Shown here in pieces: positions 1-13,255 of a stretch of DNA of 64,000 nt. The stretch is taken from positions 116,932,001 through 116,996,000 of the forward strand of contig NC_042997.1 in the NCBI RefSeq assembly GCF_006345805.1, given 5' to 3'. The first letter of the stretch is position 1; every line of letters starts with the position of its first letter. The translations under genes and the position numbers were made by a program. The notes under the pieces were generated by a model. That model saw only the letters and a program-made list of their open reading frames with translations. It had not been told where the DNA came from and searched no databases. This stretch comes from Octopus sinensis. Lineage: Eukaryota.

Positions 1-478
1 CGAAGTTGGAGTTATTTGACCATATAGATGCTGAATATGTCTGAAGGAAGAAACGAGAAACATACAAGCTGAAGAACGCTGTGCCCTCCATCAAGCATGA
101 TGGTGGAAAAATGATGATATGGGGATGCTTCTCTTCCAGTGGCACAGAGAACCTTGTCAAGGTCCAGGGAATCATGGGAAAGGAGGATTACACCACACCA
201 GGATCTTTGATGAAAACGTGAAGTAATCCACTGAGAAACTCCAACTCGGCCACAATTGGAAGTACCAGCAGGACAAATATCCGAAATATACCGCCAACGC
301 AGTGAAGAAATGATTCAGTGAAGAAGTGGTATCTTGAATTGTATATTGTTGTTACTCTTTCACTTGTTAGTCACATACTACTCAGAAACAAACTTGACAA
401 AATGCATTCATTTCAACACAAAAATAAAAAGTCACAAAAATTAACAAAGGTATGGATAATTTTGAGGACGACTGAGTG
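1..478 (+). mobile_element. Tc1-like DNA transposon remnant (degenerate transposase plus right TIR)
   Basis: Bases 3-323 translate, with stops and a frameshift, to KLELF..YV*RK..KNAVPSIKHDGGKMMIWGCFSSSG..LVKVQGIM / LGHNWKYQQDKYPKYTANAVKK*F. This matches Tc1 motifs PTVKHGGGSxMxWGCF and WxFQQDNDPKHT. The putative TIR at 449-478 reads CACTCAGTCGTCCTCAAAATTATCCATACC on the minus strand. Confidence 0.85.
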
Positions 479-503
479 TCTGTGTGTGTGTGTATACACA
501 CAA

Positions 504-554
<51 letters not shown>

Positions 555-556
<2 letters not shown>

Positions 557-793
557 GGAGTAAGCACATAAATGTGAAACAATGTGGAAAAAAGAGTACT
601 CAAGTACCAGAGGTAGAGTAGTATGCTTTATTTAAAAGCAGCAGAAATATAACAAAAGCTGTTACTCAGAGTTTCACGTTCCCGTTCGTCGGACAGTTTT
701 GTCAAAATGGACTTTAACAAAACTGTCCGACGAACGGGAACGTGAAACTCTAAGTAACAGCTTTTGTTATATTCCTGCTGCTTTTAAATAAAG
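555..793. mobile_element. Penelope-like pLTR foldback insertion in a TA microsatellite
   Basis: 77-bp inverted arms (626-702 / 717-793, 2 mismatches) plus a 70-bp tail (555-625) homologous to 31135-31205. Each arm carries a hammerhead-like motif. Inverted truncated pLTRs are characteristic of PLE insertions. Confidence 0.65.
652..702 (-). ncRNA. Type I hammerhead-like ribozyme motif (U4C variant core)
   Basis: Stem I ACAAAA-CUGU / ACAG-C-UUUUGU; core CCGACGA; stem II ACG-GGAA-CGU; GAAA; palindromic stem III ACUC-U-GAGU; GUA cleavage triplet. A mirror copy lies on the plus strand at 717-767. Confidence 0.6.
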
Positions 794-835
794 TATATAT
801 ATATATATATATATAATTTTGAGGACGACTGAGTG

Positions 836-872
<37 letters not shown>

Positions 873-1764
873 GAGGACGACTGAGTGTATATATATATAC
901 AGTACTCTAGAGGTGCTTATTTCAAGAAAGTGTAATTACGATATATAGTAGAGAGAAATACACGAATTACATATAACAGTTATATAATCCGTCACCGATG
1001 GCATCGCAATTCAAAGCCTTATGCTTAGCCTATACCAAATATTCACCAAACATTCAACCCAATGCATTTCCGAATCCTCCAGACTGCACACAACTTGCTA
1101 AAATACAGTGTTTCCTGAACCATACTATAGATTCAAAATGTCGTCAGTGTCATAACACATTCATCATAAAACACAGTGTTTGAGCTCCTTCTTCTGGTTA
1201 GCTAGAAATAGACGTAAACAATATGAGTCATGAAGTTAAGAAACACAGAAACCACATGAATATGAATGAAGAATGCCAAAAGCGTAGAGTTACATGGCGC
1301 CAATAAGTATACTGTTAAAATCACCATGAAATCAGAAATATCCAAGAAAATAAAAAAAGACGAGATATTGCGAATTCTCTTGTTAAGCAAACATCAATTG
1401 AGTTGTCCTTTATTTTGGTGGATACACAGACACGTACACACACACACAAACACACACAACTATAGAGTTTATGATTTTTATAGTCTTTCGTCTTTTCTTT
1501 GATTTACCATAAAAATCTAATACATAAAAATCATTTAGTGGTTACTATATCCTACTTGCAGTGACGTCTTAATATCCTTGAAATAAAAGAACTCTGTATT
1601 TAACATGTGGCATTCAGTTGTCAGCCAGAAAAATAAGATGAATTATGTTGTTATTGCCATGGGGTGTAGCAATAAGGAATTTCTAAGTTAAGGCGTGGGT
1701 TACGCGACAATAATAATCCAATCGATCTATCAATCAGTCGAAAATCAACATACATATATATCTA

Positions 1765-1835
<71 letters not shown>

Positions 1836-1851
1836 GTATCTCTCTCTCTCT

Positions 1852-1885
<34 letters not shown>

Positions 1886-2505
1886 ATATATATATATATA
1901 TGTTTACATTAATATCAGTATCTTCTCCCCCTTTTATAGAGTGTATACACACAGACGCGTGTGTGGTGTGTGTCTGTGTATTTATTGATTGCAGTATTGA
2001 ATAAACACTTGCATATGAAGTTATCGTATTCGCTGTTTCAACAGTCATGTGAATAATTGTCAATTCCACGCTAAAACTTATTTGGGGCTCACATAAATCA
2101 CATATTGGTTACAACGGAATTAAATATATTGGTAAATATATGCATATATATGTGTGTATGTATATGATTGTGTAACCTATATATTTATATATACGTGTAG
2201 GCTCACATACACACATATTCAAAACGAGGGCTAGAAAGCGAAGAAGTATAATAATCCATAAAATCTAAAATGACTTATAAATAGCATTGTTTCTGTCAAT
2301 ATATTTGTTAATAAATGTTAAAATACACATACAATTATTGACATAAAGAAATTCAATACGTTCTATTCAGCACAGAAGATTTAAGCAGAAGCGAAATGCA
2401 ACAGTTTAAAATCTTATACAATAGAACCTTATTATAGCGCCAGAAATAGCAGTTTTCCATTTTAGTGCTTTTGTAGGTAAATTCATGAGCTAGCATTTGG
2501 TTTCT

Positions 2506-2570
2506 TGAAGAAATCTGCTACAGATTTAGATGGACTGAAGAAATCTGCTACAGATTTAGATGAACTGAAG
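2506..2570 (+). repeat. 30-bp tandem repeat, about 2.2 copies
   Basis: TGAAGAAATCTGCTACAGATTTAGATG(G/A)AC twice, then TGAAG. Confidence 0.9.
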
Positions 2571-3749
2571 CCACAGAAATTTCTCCCACTTAAATCAACT
2601 ATTCATTTGAGGGACTCCATTTACCCTGCTAATAACCCCCTCCCCCCACACCCACACAAACACCCACACGTATACAGGCAATTAATGCAAACTATTATTA
2701 TACGTCAGCTGATCCTAATTTGATGCATTCCTTTACGGTTAATTATACAGTCAACATATAGAGGTTATTTATTCGAATTTTTCTAAAATTTGTGTAAAAT
2801 TTTGAAAAATGTTTCGCTGACATTGAGGGAAAAATAATTCTAAAGCAATAACCCTGATGGACAAACATAACTTATTTCTCTATGAAAAACGCAAGAAATA
2901 GTTGGAACTAAAAAGAAGGTGATTTGATTAATAGATTAAATGGGAAAATGTATGGTAAGAAACCAATTTAGAAAATGTGAGAAAAGAAAGAAAAGAGATG
3001 AACAAAGTATAAACTTAATAGATTTTTAGTGTGGATCTCAATTAGTGATTTCTTATCACTAAAACTGATATAGCTTTAATTGATATTAAATATTAAATTT
3101 AAATGTAGAAAAAAATTACAGATATAAGTTTAATTTAATTTACTGTTGCACCACCAACGTGAAAATCATTCTATCCTGTATTCTCCTAAAAGCTGATGCC
3201 ATCAATACCTTCCTTTTCAATATCTCTTGTAATGTAGAAACATAGTTACCGCCACTAAACCAATTCTGATGTTGCACATGGATGCTATATAGGCATGGTG
3301 AAAGCTAGTTTAAGCATAGGTATTACACTCATTCTTTACTAAGCAAGTCAAAAAGTGAAATGTGACTAAATTATTCAATTACCTCTAACTATTACAAGAA
3401 AACGCTTCCAGGCTGAGAGGAAAATTAAAAATACAATTTAACTGTAAAAGAATTGTATTAGAAGAGTAGTACTCCATAAAAAAGGCTTATTCTTAGAAAA
3501 TACTTATCTCTAACCTCTGAGCATTAGAAGTGAACCGTTCAGAAAATGGTGAAATTTCGATAATCACTTATCTTGTAACTAGACACTATCCTCTCGAGCA
3601 AATTAAACAGACCCAATAACACTTCTTTCTATCTATAATGTAGAGTAGGTTTCTTTTCTTTCTCCTTTCTGCATCTACTTGTTGGTTAGCTCGTATTTAC
3701 AGCAGCTGCATAAACGTATGCGCTTGTCGTCATATTAATATTGATTGTA

Positions 3750-3907
3750 TTCCAACTCTTTACGTTCCGGGATCAAGTTCCGCCGAGGACATCTTTGCCT
3801 TTCGTCCTTTTGGCCTCAATACTATAGCTACCAATTGAGTATTCGGGTTGATGGAATCGATTTCCCCACCCTCAAACATGCTGGCCTTGTGCCAAATTTT
3901 GAAATAA
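3750..3907 (+). mobile_element. SINE-B fragment (diverged, 5'-truncated)
   Basis: Similar to the SINE-B body (ttccgccgagg..tttgcctttc) and the tail gctggccttgtgccaaattttgaaa. Confidence 0.65.
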
Positions 3908-6696
3908 TGTTAGTTGATTGCATTTCACCTTTAAAACCATTAGCGCTATCAACTTTCTTACTTTTCTCATTAAACATCCCATGTTCCCTCTAGCTTCATT
4001 TCTTATCTTTAGTTCCTTCTGTTTCTTTATTAATTATTTTCATGTACATAACACAGGAAAATACAACTTTATTTATTTTCAAATGTTTTCTCGAAAGATT
4101 CCAAGATGATTACAAAGTGATAGTATAATTAAGTGTAATTTTTAACAATTCTGACTATAGATATACATCATATAGATATACACATGTACATACACACATA
4201 TATATACGCATAGTGGCATTCTATTACTTTGCATGTGTACTTTTGTACAGCCTCTCACATAAACGCTATTTCTGTTTTGTCTTTTTACTACGTAATGAAT
4301 TTTAAGAGTCTATAATTCTATCTATATTGCTAATACGAGAAGGAAAAAAAATTTCAGTGCACACAATATTGACATTTGTCCATCCGTGTATACTCAGAGC
4401 GATTCAATCTCCTATCTATATGCCACCGCATTTGTGCCCTTTTCCTAATGTGAGATATAGTTACAAACACATATATATATACATGTGCATAAATAGATAA
4501 ATGTTATGTTTGTGTATAAAGGTAAGATAGATCTTAAACGCATCCTAGCATGTGATGCATAGTTGATGATAACATTAGATTAACCTATTTTCTTGTTGAG
4601 CATCCATTCAGGAACAATGGTAAACCGCATCCTTTATTTTCATTTGCAGTTAATTATAAGATTAGTTTGATAGCAGATATATTTACCAGTTCGTATGAAA
4701 ATGTTTTTCTCATCTTTCATTATACCATTTGAACTTTAGGGCTCTTTAGATAATGGTTTAGTTCTCATTGTTGCATTTGATAGTGGATATCTCTGTATCT
4801 CAGTCGTAAATCTGTTCATTTTTGCTATGGAATAAAGAAACAAACCAAAATAAAGCCGACTCGAAGTTAATGATCATTTTATCATTGTACTATAATTATT
4901 ATTCATCTCCAGAACTACGGGAAAATATTTCAGCTCTGACATAAAATACAGTTATACTGATGTTATGGGCTCTGCTATAATTCTTCATAAAACATAACTT
5001 TACTACATATAGTAGCTTAAAAGACAATTATTTATGGTAGATTTTTTTTCGTATCCTTGAAAGAAATCTAATTGTTTTAGAGTTTTGCATTTCGAAAATC
5101 TATACATTTACTAATTTATCCATTTTCCTTGTATTGTATGAAATCTATGATTAATTCTTTGAACACTTTGAATTCTGAAAATATCTGGAGATATACCTAG
5201 GTGCCGCCTCGTAGTCTTCCAAGGATGTTAGAATTTAAATAACATAACAAATCTTAATCGCTTTATTCTGAGAACTGATGGAAATTTGTGCAGCCAAAAT
5301 CGTTAGGTAAGTCTATATTTATATTCTGTAACATGAAAATTCTTATAGAATACATTTAATTTATTTTAGGGTAGAGAGAATATATATTTAGTCTAAACAC
5401 AGAATTGAATAGTATTAGTGGACTTTTGAAGACCTCTTCAATAATGAGATCGATTTGGTCCATATTGAACTTCTGGATTGAAAATATTAGCAGAGAATGT
5501 GTTCCATATGTTAACAGTTCTGGAAATGTTTCGCGGAAGCTTTAGGTTTGAGATGGAAAAGGCATGACAAAACAAGACCTAGCAAATGAGGCAGGTTTGA
5601 GAGAGGACAGTGGAGGTTAGATATTTTGTTACCTTGGGCGTTCCTACGTTGCTGCTGTAGATGAGACAAAGAGAATATATCGATGGCTCTTTGGAGAGTA
5701 AGTTGTTAAATGAACGCTCGTCGTTCGGACTGATTATTTTCTTTAGTACTTATTTTAGTATATACTGCAAAGAGGTTAGACTTTTCTCAGAAGTTTCATC
5801 GAATTTAAGATATTTTCCCTCCTCTCACATATTTCTAAATGCTTTCTAAATTATTATTACAAAGATTTTCTTTTAATATCACAAAAACGTTGGACGGCGA
5901 ACTGGCAAAATCGTTCGCACGCCGGGCAAAATGCTTAGCGGCATTTCATTCGTCTTCACATTCCGAGTTCAAATTCCCCGAGAACGACTTTCTGAGTCAT
6001 TAGCATGAGTAAAAGTTGTGCGCGACATAACCCGTCCTCCATAATTGCTGGCGTTGTGCTAAAATTGGAGACCAATATTACGAAACGATATGTCACTCCA
6101 AGAAAGAATTAACCTATTCTAAATATTTAATTCTAACAATAATACAGTATTGTCATACAAATAAGAAGCAAATGCTTTACCTTCCTAAGAGAGAAGAATA
6201 TTTCTTAAGTTCGTTTTGTTAAAAGTACAGAAATCGTGTATTTCTATTCTATCAATATGAATTCATATACAATATTTCCTAAAATAGCGAGCATAGATTA
6301 TCAATTCAGACATAGAAAGTCTTATTTCCAATTTTCAGGTAATCTTATATCAAATATGAATGGCTTGGCTATATTCCATTCTATTTCCTGATATGATAAT
6401 ACAATTAGGTCAAGTTTTGTTTTGTTTCTTGATGAATCACCTGACAATAAGTATAAGGTCATTAAACAAACGATACATGAATCACTTCAGTACTCACTAC
6501 AGTCAATTCTATGTCTTTTAATAGTAATATTCTTCACAGATTCATAGCATTTTGGTGGTACATTACTTACGAACTTTATGTAATTTGTATCAATATCATT
6601 GCTCATACTTGATGAATTTTACCTTTTTCATTCATAAATAAAATCGTAAACCAAGCTGATACACACACACACACACACACATATACATATATACAT

Positions 6697-6745
<49 letters not shown>

Positions 6746-6876
6746 CATACACACACACAGATATATATATATATATATACCTATACACATAAATATATAT
6801 GTATATATATAAATTTATATATATATATACATATATATATATATGTAAATATATATATATATACACACACACACAC

Positions 6877-6958
<82 letters not shown>

Positions 6959-7019
6959 TACATATATACATATATGCCATTTTATGTAAAGTATCCCCTT
7001 AGACCAACGATATATATAT

Positions 7020-7168
7020 TCAGTCATTTGACTGCCGCCATACTGCAGCACCGCCTTTAGTCGAACAAATCGACCGCAGGACTTATTCTTTGTAAGCTTA
7101 GTACTTAATCTATCGGTTTCTTATACCGAGCCGCTAAGGCGAGCGATCGTGAGAGACAGACACACAAG

Positions 7169-7205
<37 letters not shown>

Positions 7206-7252
7206 ACACACACACACACTCACACGCACGCGCGCGCGCACACACACACACA

Positions 7253-7289
<37 letters not shown>

Positions 7290-7450
7290 CGATATACGAC
7301 GAGCTTCTTTCAGTTTCCGTTTACCAAATCCAGTCATAAGGCTTTGGTCGGCCTGAGGCTATAGTAGAAGACTCTTGCCCAAGGTACCACAAAGTGGGAC
7401 TGAACCCGGAACAATGTAGTTGAGAAGAAAGCTTCTTACCAAACAGCCAC
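7020..7450 (-). mobile_element. SINE-A (tRNA-headed, central CA/TA microsatellite)
   Basis: Reverse complement of the SINE-A head, body and 3' tail (cagtcatttgactg). A second 5' half follows at 7540-7705. Confidence 0.85.
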
Positions 7451-7537
<87 letters not shown>

Positions 7538-8129
7538 TACGACAGGCTTCTTTTTGTTTCCGTCTACCAAATCCACTCACAAGGCATTGGTCGGCCCGGG
7601 GCTATAGCAGAAGACACTTGCCCAAGATGCCACGCAGTGGGACTGAACCGGGAACCATGTGGTTGGTTAGCAAGCTACTTACCACACAGCCACTCCTGCG
7701 CCTATATATGCATACATACATATAAACATACGTATATATACATGTGTGTGCGTACGTGGGCGATAAGTATTCATGTGTCCGTATGCACTCTTAATCCCCT
7801 TTTTTCCATCTCTGTTTTTATTCATGGATAATTTATTAGCGTACCAATCATCCCGAATGACCATTCAGACAGCTGATCGATTACATTTATTGAAGCATAT
7901 TAACGCAAGATAGTTTTATATGGTTTTACTTTGGCTTCAGAAGCGTGTGTGCTAAAATAAGCTAACCTGTTATTTTACCATCTTCATGTAGTTTTCTTGA
8001 GTAAAATCGAATTTTATGGAGAATAAACTTCGTCACTCTGTTGTTGCTCACCACACATTTTTCTAAAATATATTCTAACCATTTAGTAATGCATCAATAT
8101 TTAATCTGGCAAATATGGCCAACACTACT

Positions 8130-8172
8130 TTTCACTGATGAGGTCTTAATAAAAACTGAAACATGTCTAGAG
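8130..8172 (+). ncRNA. Degenerate minimal hammerhead motif
   Basis: CTGATGA (8135-8141), stem II GGT/ACT, GAAA (8158-8161), palindromic ACATGT, GUC triplet. Stem I is poorly paired. Confidence 0.45.
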
Positions 8173-10169
8173 TTGTTTTGAACCACCGCTGAAATAATTG
8201 AAATAATATTATTCATTGCCTAATGCTTTTTGTCTTCGGCATCATTATTTCTAGTTGATATTTTAATGAACACTGAGGCAATCTTTGTTTGTTCGGTTTC
8301 CTTTCTGTTTTTAAAATTATTTATTCCTGAAATAATTTTTTCTAAAACACAATATATATATGTTTGAAGCTACATCACTTGGAAAATAGACATTTTGTCC
8401 TAAAGTATGTTGCGAAATGAAGTTTCTGCATGGTTTCTTATTACTTCAGAAATATATCATTGGTCTAAAGGGATTCTTTACATATAATGACATATTTTCA
8501 TTCGGAAATGTTCTAAGTAAAAACAAATTCTTTTATTCTATTTGTTCTAGTTCTTGTTATTTGTGAACTTATTCAGTCATTGGCATTTCAATATTTCTTT
8601 GGTTAGTTTATATTGTCTTCGCATATTCTGAAAATTCCATCCACAGTGATTTCGTGCTTTTTTCATATTAGGAATATCAAACATCAATGATATTTTCTAC
8701 TTGACAAGTAATGTGTTGAATTTCAATTTAAAATTAAGTTTCCTTTGTCTCAATTCCATATTACCTATAAAGGAAGAGATGTACACTAGTGGCGTCAAAG
8801 TAAGAGTGCGGATATAGACTCGCACTTGACAATTAACACGAAACCCATTGTTGTTAATGAAGAATAAGAGGTGGTTCTACATGCCTTAAAACCCTAGAAC
8901 GCATGCTTTCATCTAAGATAAGGTAACTCCATACAAATCCTGTGTACTGATAACTACTGAACCCGTGGCACTTGTTGCACCAGATCAATGCAAGTTTAAA
9001 GAACGAAAGTGTGAGACTGGCTCTGCACAATCTATGCCCACTGTAATAATGGTTTCAAATTGTGGCACAAGGCCAGCAAGTTCGTAGCACGGGCAAATCG
9101 ATTAGATCGAACTCCAGTGCATAACTATTACTTATTTTATCGACTTGAGAAAGGATGAAAGGCAAATGCTGCTAAGCATTTCGCCCTGTGTTCTAACGAT
9201 TCTGCCAGCTCTTAATAATAAACTCATGCTGCCTTGTGGGATAAATTATTGTTTAAAAACCGATAAAGGGAGTAAATTCCCACAGAAAATGCAGGCAGAA
9301 AGACCGTGAGGCAGATATGTATGGTTATACTTAACCGATATCTGGTCTCAATGGCGACTGCACGGATGCTGCAGACGTAATGTTTCGTTTTATCTTTTCT
9401 TCGTGGGGTATCCATGAGTGGAGATGTGGTACTTGGAGCTAGACACTCGCTTTTGGAACCAGCCCAGGCATAGCAGAAATGGTTAAGTTAGTATATCTGC
9501 AATACCGTCATCCAACGACGAAAAGGGTAAACATTGTAGTTAATAAGCGTCAGGTCTGAGCGAGCAACCCCTGTGACCAAAGGAACGCCACCGTATTTTT
9601 TATGCAATATATCTGAAACGAAAGGATGTAATATGATTATGTAATAGAACTCAAGTATTGATATTTAGGGAACACTATTAATTAATTGGAAAATTGCAAC
9701 AGTAATTTTTAATCGTTTATTGAATGCCCAACAGTTAACTTTGTGTTAATATGTATTCATATTTTTTTACGAAGCTTGCTTTGCAGCCACGAATTGTCGA
9801 TTTCAGTCCGACTGCGTGTCACCTTGGTTAGGTGCCTTCTACTATAGACCTGGGTCGATCAATATCTTATCAGTGAATCTGGTAGACACACACACACACC
9901 ACACACACACACGCACACACACACACCCACCCACCCATACACACATACATACATATTTATGTATGTATAAATGTATGTATGACTGTGAGCATATATGTGT
10001 GTGTGTGTTTTGGGTTGGCAGGAATGTATATCAGTACATATGTGTGTATACATATAAGTGTGTGTGTGTGCGCGCGTACATGTGAGTGTGTGTGTTTTTG
10101 CATTTTTATATATATATATATATATATTAAAAAATATATATTAAAAAAAAAAATATATATATATATATT

Positions 10170-10210
<41 letters not shown>

Positions 10211-10221
10211 ATATATACACA

Positions 10222-10357
10222 TATCCACTGCCACATTCTTTGGCGCTAATATGGCACGTGTTCTCAGCCATGTTTGATCTTTAAATTGAATTCCCAGGTT
10301 TGGAAATACTGCAATCATTAGTTCTTGTATATCCGATACAATGTGTCCAAAAGGCAA
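10222..10357 (-). pseudogene. Helitron Rep/PIF1-helicase fragment
   Basis: Translates IQELMIAVFPNL..FKDQTWLRTRAILAPKNVAVD, matching the Helitron helicase motif L..VFP.......WL.ERAILAPKN..VD. Confidence 0.8.
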
Positions 10358-10456
10358 AGTAGCCTAGCCACCCTGTCCTCCTACCAGAGTTACGTTACCA
10401 ACGTCCAATAGCTTCCGGAAGAAAGTTCATGCTTCCTCATCACCACTACAAAAGGA

Positions 10457-10583
10457 AAGATTTGGCTGCTATTTCTTGCATGCCCTACTACCACGTAACA
10501 GCTATTTGCGATAAGGTTGGGTCCTTTATCACAAATAGCTGTTACGTGGTAGCATGGCGTGCTAGAAATAGCGGCCAAATCTT
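10457..10583. repeat. Long imperfect hairpin
   Basis: Arms of about 58 bp (AAGATTTGGCTGCTATTTC...GATAA / TTATC...GAAATAGCGGCCAAATCTT), about 6 mismatches, roughly 10-nt loop. Confidence 0.9.
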
Positions 10584-11390
10584 GTCTTTTCTGAGGAAAG
10601 GAACCGCTTACGCGTGATTTCGATGTGTGCGTTAAGTGATAGGTAAAACTGAAAGAACAAAGTATTAAAATTCGCTCTTCCCTTTAGTAAATACATTCTC
10701 TCGCTCCCGCTGAGGCTTTGTCTCTCGTTCTCTCTGTCTGTCTGTCACATTCCCTGGCTCTCTATATCTTCCTGTTTCCTCCCTTTCCTCCCTATCAGCC
10801 ACCCTCGTTATACCACGACATTTCCCTCAATGTATGGAAATTTCTCTCATTTCTCGCATATATGGAAATAAGAGACATTATCTATTGTCCTATTGTTTCA
10901 GTTCCTTGTCTCTTTCTATTTCCTCTCCTTCCCTGATATCAGCCAACTCTCATTATGCCACCACATTTTCCTCTCAATGGGCTCTCATCCTAACACTATT
11001 TGCACCCCCGTATGGGGGGTCATTATCGATTTTTATTGAAATTCCGTTAACCAATAATTGAACTGGATGTTAGTTCAACATGTATGCAAATTTTGGTGAT
11101 GATTGGCTCGCTGATATAGGCAGTAAGATGGTAACTGATAGACAGAAATTATATATATATATATGTAATAAAATATTAGGGAATAAATCCAAACTTACAG
11201 GGAAAAATCAGATTTAGGATTAAATCCAATTTCATAGTAAAATATATTATATTATATTAAATTAGAGATAAAACCACTATTAGGCAAATCAAACAATGAC
11301 AAACATAAGCCAATACATAAAATTAATTAATTTATATTATTTTAAATATATATCAAAAGTATTAAAAGTTTAATAAAAGATATAGAGTAA

Positions 11391-11463
11391 AACACTACGA
11401 TCGTTTCATGGCTGTACAATTCGTAATAATTCGAGTTATGGTTACAGTCAATCTTCAGGTTAA
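11391..11463 (-). ncRNA. Hammerhead-like motif (PLE pLTR type)
   Basis: CTGAAGA (plus-strand 11452-11458), stem II containing CTGTA/TACAG, GAAA, 8-nt palindrome ACGATCGT, GUA triplet. Stem I is weak. Confidence 0.5.
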
Positions 11464-12295
11464 TTGAAATATCTAAAATATAATCAGAAATATTTAAACA
11501 ATATTTTAAAGATATAAATAATATAACCATTTTACTTATAATAAACTCTATTATCAAACTAGAAACATAAAACTTAACAATTATGATTATATCAAAATCG
11601 ACTATAATGTTAAGTATTAATTTTAATTTATAAGGTAGGAAACCCACCAATAATCTAATATCGGTATTAGTCTATATCTAATTACATAAATATTTAAAAA
11701 TGACTAATATATATAAATTATCAATGAAAATATATAAATGTATATAAATATTATAATTAAGATCTAAAATAATCTCTATAAATAAATATATATGCACATA
11801 TAATAAAAACCTAATAAATTAAATTTTCATATTTAAAGATGAAATAGCTAATTTCAAAATACAAATATACAAACTTAAACGAACTATCGGACATCTTATG
11901 TAAAATACTTATAGAAATAATCAATTCGTAGTAATATAGTATCGAATAAATACTATAAATACTATAAATATAATTATCAATGGGAATAACTAGCGAATAT
12001 CAATTTAAAGAAATAACTAAGTTATGCTATTAAATTAGGCATAGCCTGGACCCATCTTTAGTCGAAACATATCTAAGTTTATCAAAGTTTATCTAATTTA
12101 ATTATAAATTTAAAACTGCAATTAATACTATTAAAACATGCATATACAAAAGCCTAACTTAATACACCTCGTATGCTTGCTAAAAGGCAAGAAATATAAA
12201 GCGATTATCTCCCTTACACCGGAAGAAATCACTTATTACCTCCCCTTACTTGGAACTCTTCTTTACACTTCTTAACGAAATCATAACAATATTTT

Positions 12296-12334
12296 GAGAA
12301 ATTTGAAAAGTTAACACGAAACCGGCAATTTCTT
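12296..12334 (+). ncRNA. Degenerate minimal hammerhead motif
   Basis: 7-bp stem I GAGAAAT/ATTTCTT, core TTGAAAA, stem II GT-TAAC-AC, GAAA, ACCGG(C). It is one substitution from palindromic ACCGGT at position 16.1. Confidence 0.45.
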
Positions 12335-12571
12335 CAAAAACTATGTCACTGTATGAAAAAAATTTATAACATTCTTCTGACATAATGACTCAAATATATA
12401 TTTTTTAACCTTTTAAAACAAGCCTTCTGTAGTTTTTTCACTTTTTATTATTTTCTATATATTCAACCACGTGCTTTCACACACCAACTTTCTCACCTAT
12501 GTATATGTATGTATATATATATGTTATGTATGTATATGTATATAGATATATATGTATATATATATGTATAT

Positions 12572-12644
<73 letters not shown>

Positions 12645-12659
12645 AGATAGATCGATAGA

Positions 12660-12900
12660 TAGTCGAAATTTACAGAAAATCTAAAGATGAAGACAGGTAT
12701 ATGAACAACAAGATGGTGTATTAGTTTGATGCTCGGGAAAGTGAGAAAGTCTTTTACGTTTCGAGCCTACGCTCTTCAACAGAAAGGAATAAAAGAAAAT
12801 TGAGAGAATAAAAGGAGAGTAAATAACTTGTGGATTTAGCGGTCAAGCTATATTACAAAAAACAACTACCTGTATACAGAATAACCCTTAGCACGTGTGC
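12660..12900 (-). mobile_element. Penelope-like pLTR fragment with hammerhead motif at 12751-12786
   Basis: Minus strand reads CTTT-CTGTTGA-A-GAGC-GTAG-GCTC-GAAA-CGT-A-AAAG: 4-bp stem I, 4-bp stem II, ACGT palindrome, core with A6U. The fragment ends at a TA microsatellite. Confidence 0.55.
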
Positions 12901-13190
12901 TTTGAAAGCGAAAGCGCTTACACGCAATATGAAAACTTCATTCCCAAAGATTTGTATCCTGTTTTTCTACTGTGATTTTTTTAAAGAAAATCTTTCTTCA
13001 AATATTGTGATTGTATCAAGTGCCTTTTGCAAATGCTTTAACTATATGTATGTACGTGTGTCTATATCTGTGTGTGGGCGTATGAGTATGTCTGTGTGGG
13101 TGCGAACTTGCATTTTTGTGTGTGTGTATGATATATGTATATATATGCTACATACACACACACACACACACAACAACACCACACACACAC

Positions 13191-13254
<64 letters not shown>

Positions 13255-13255
<1 letters not shown>

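Larger units (their letters stand above)
10222..11160 (-). mobile_element. Internally deleted Helitron-derived element
   Basis: Contains the helicase fragment. The minus-strand start (atatataatttctgtctatcag...ccaatcatcaccaaaatttgcatac) resembles non-autonomous Helitron 5' ends. No 3' CTAG end found. Confidence 0.45.

Noticed and set aside
1080-1155. CUGACGA...GAAAC..GUA on the minus strand
   Set aside because: Stems I and II do not pair adequately.
5278-5312. ATG...AG|GTAAGT possible first exon (also CAG|GTAAGA near 21737)
   Set aside because: Only about 10 codons, and no partner exons can be linked.
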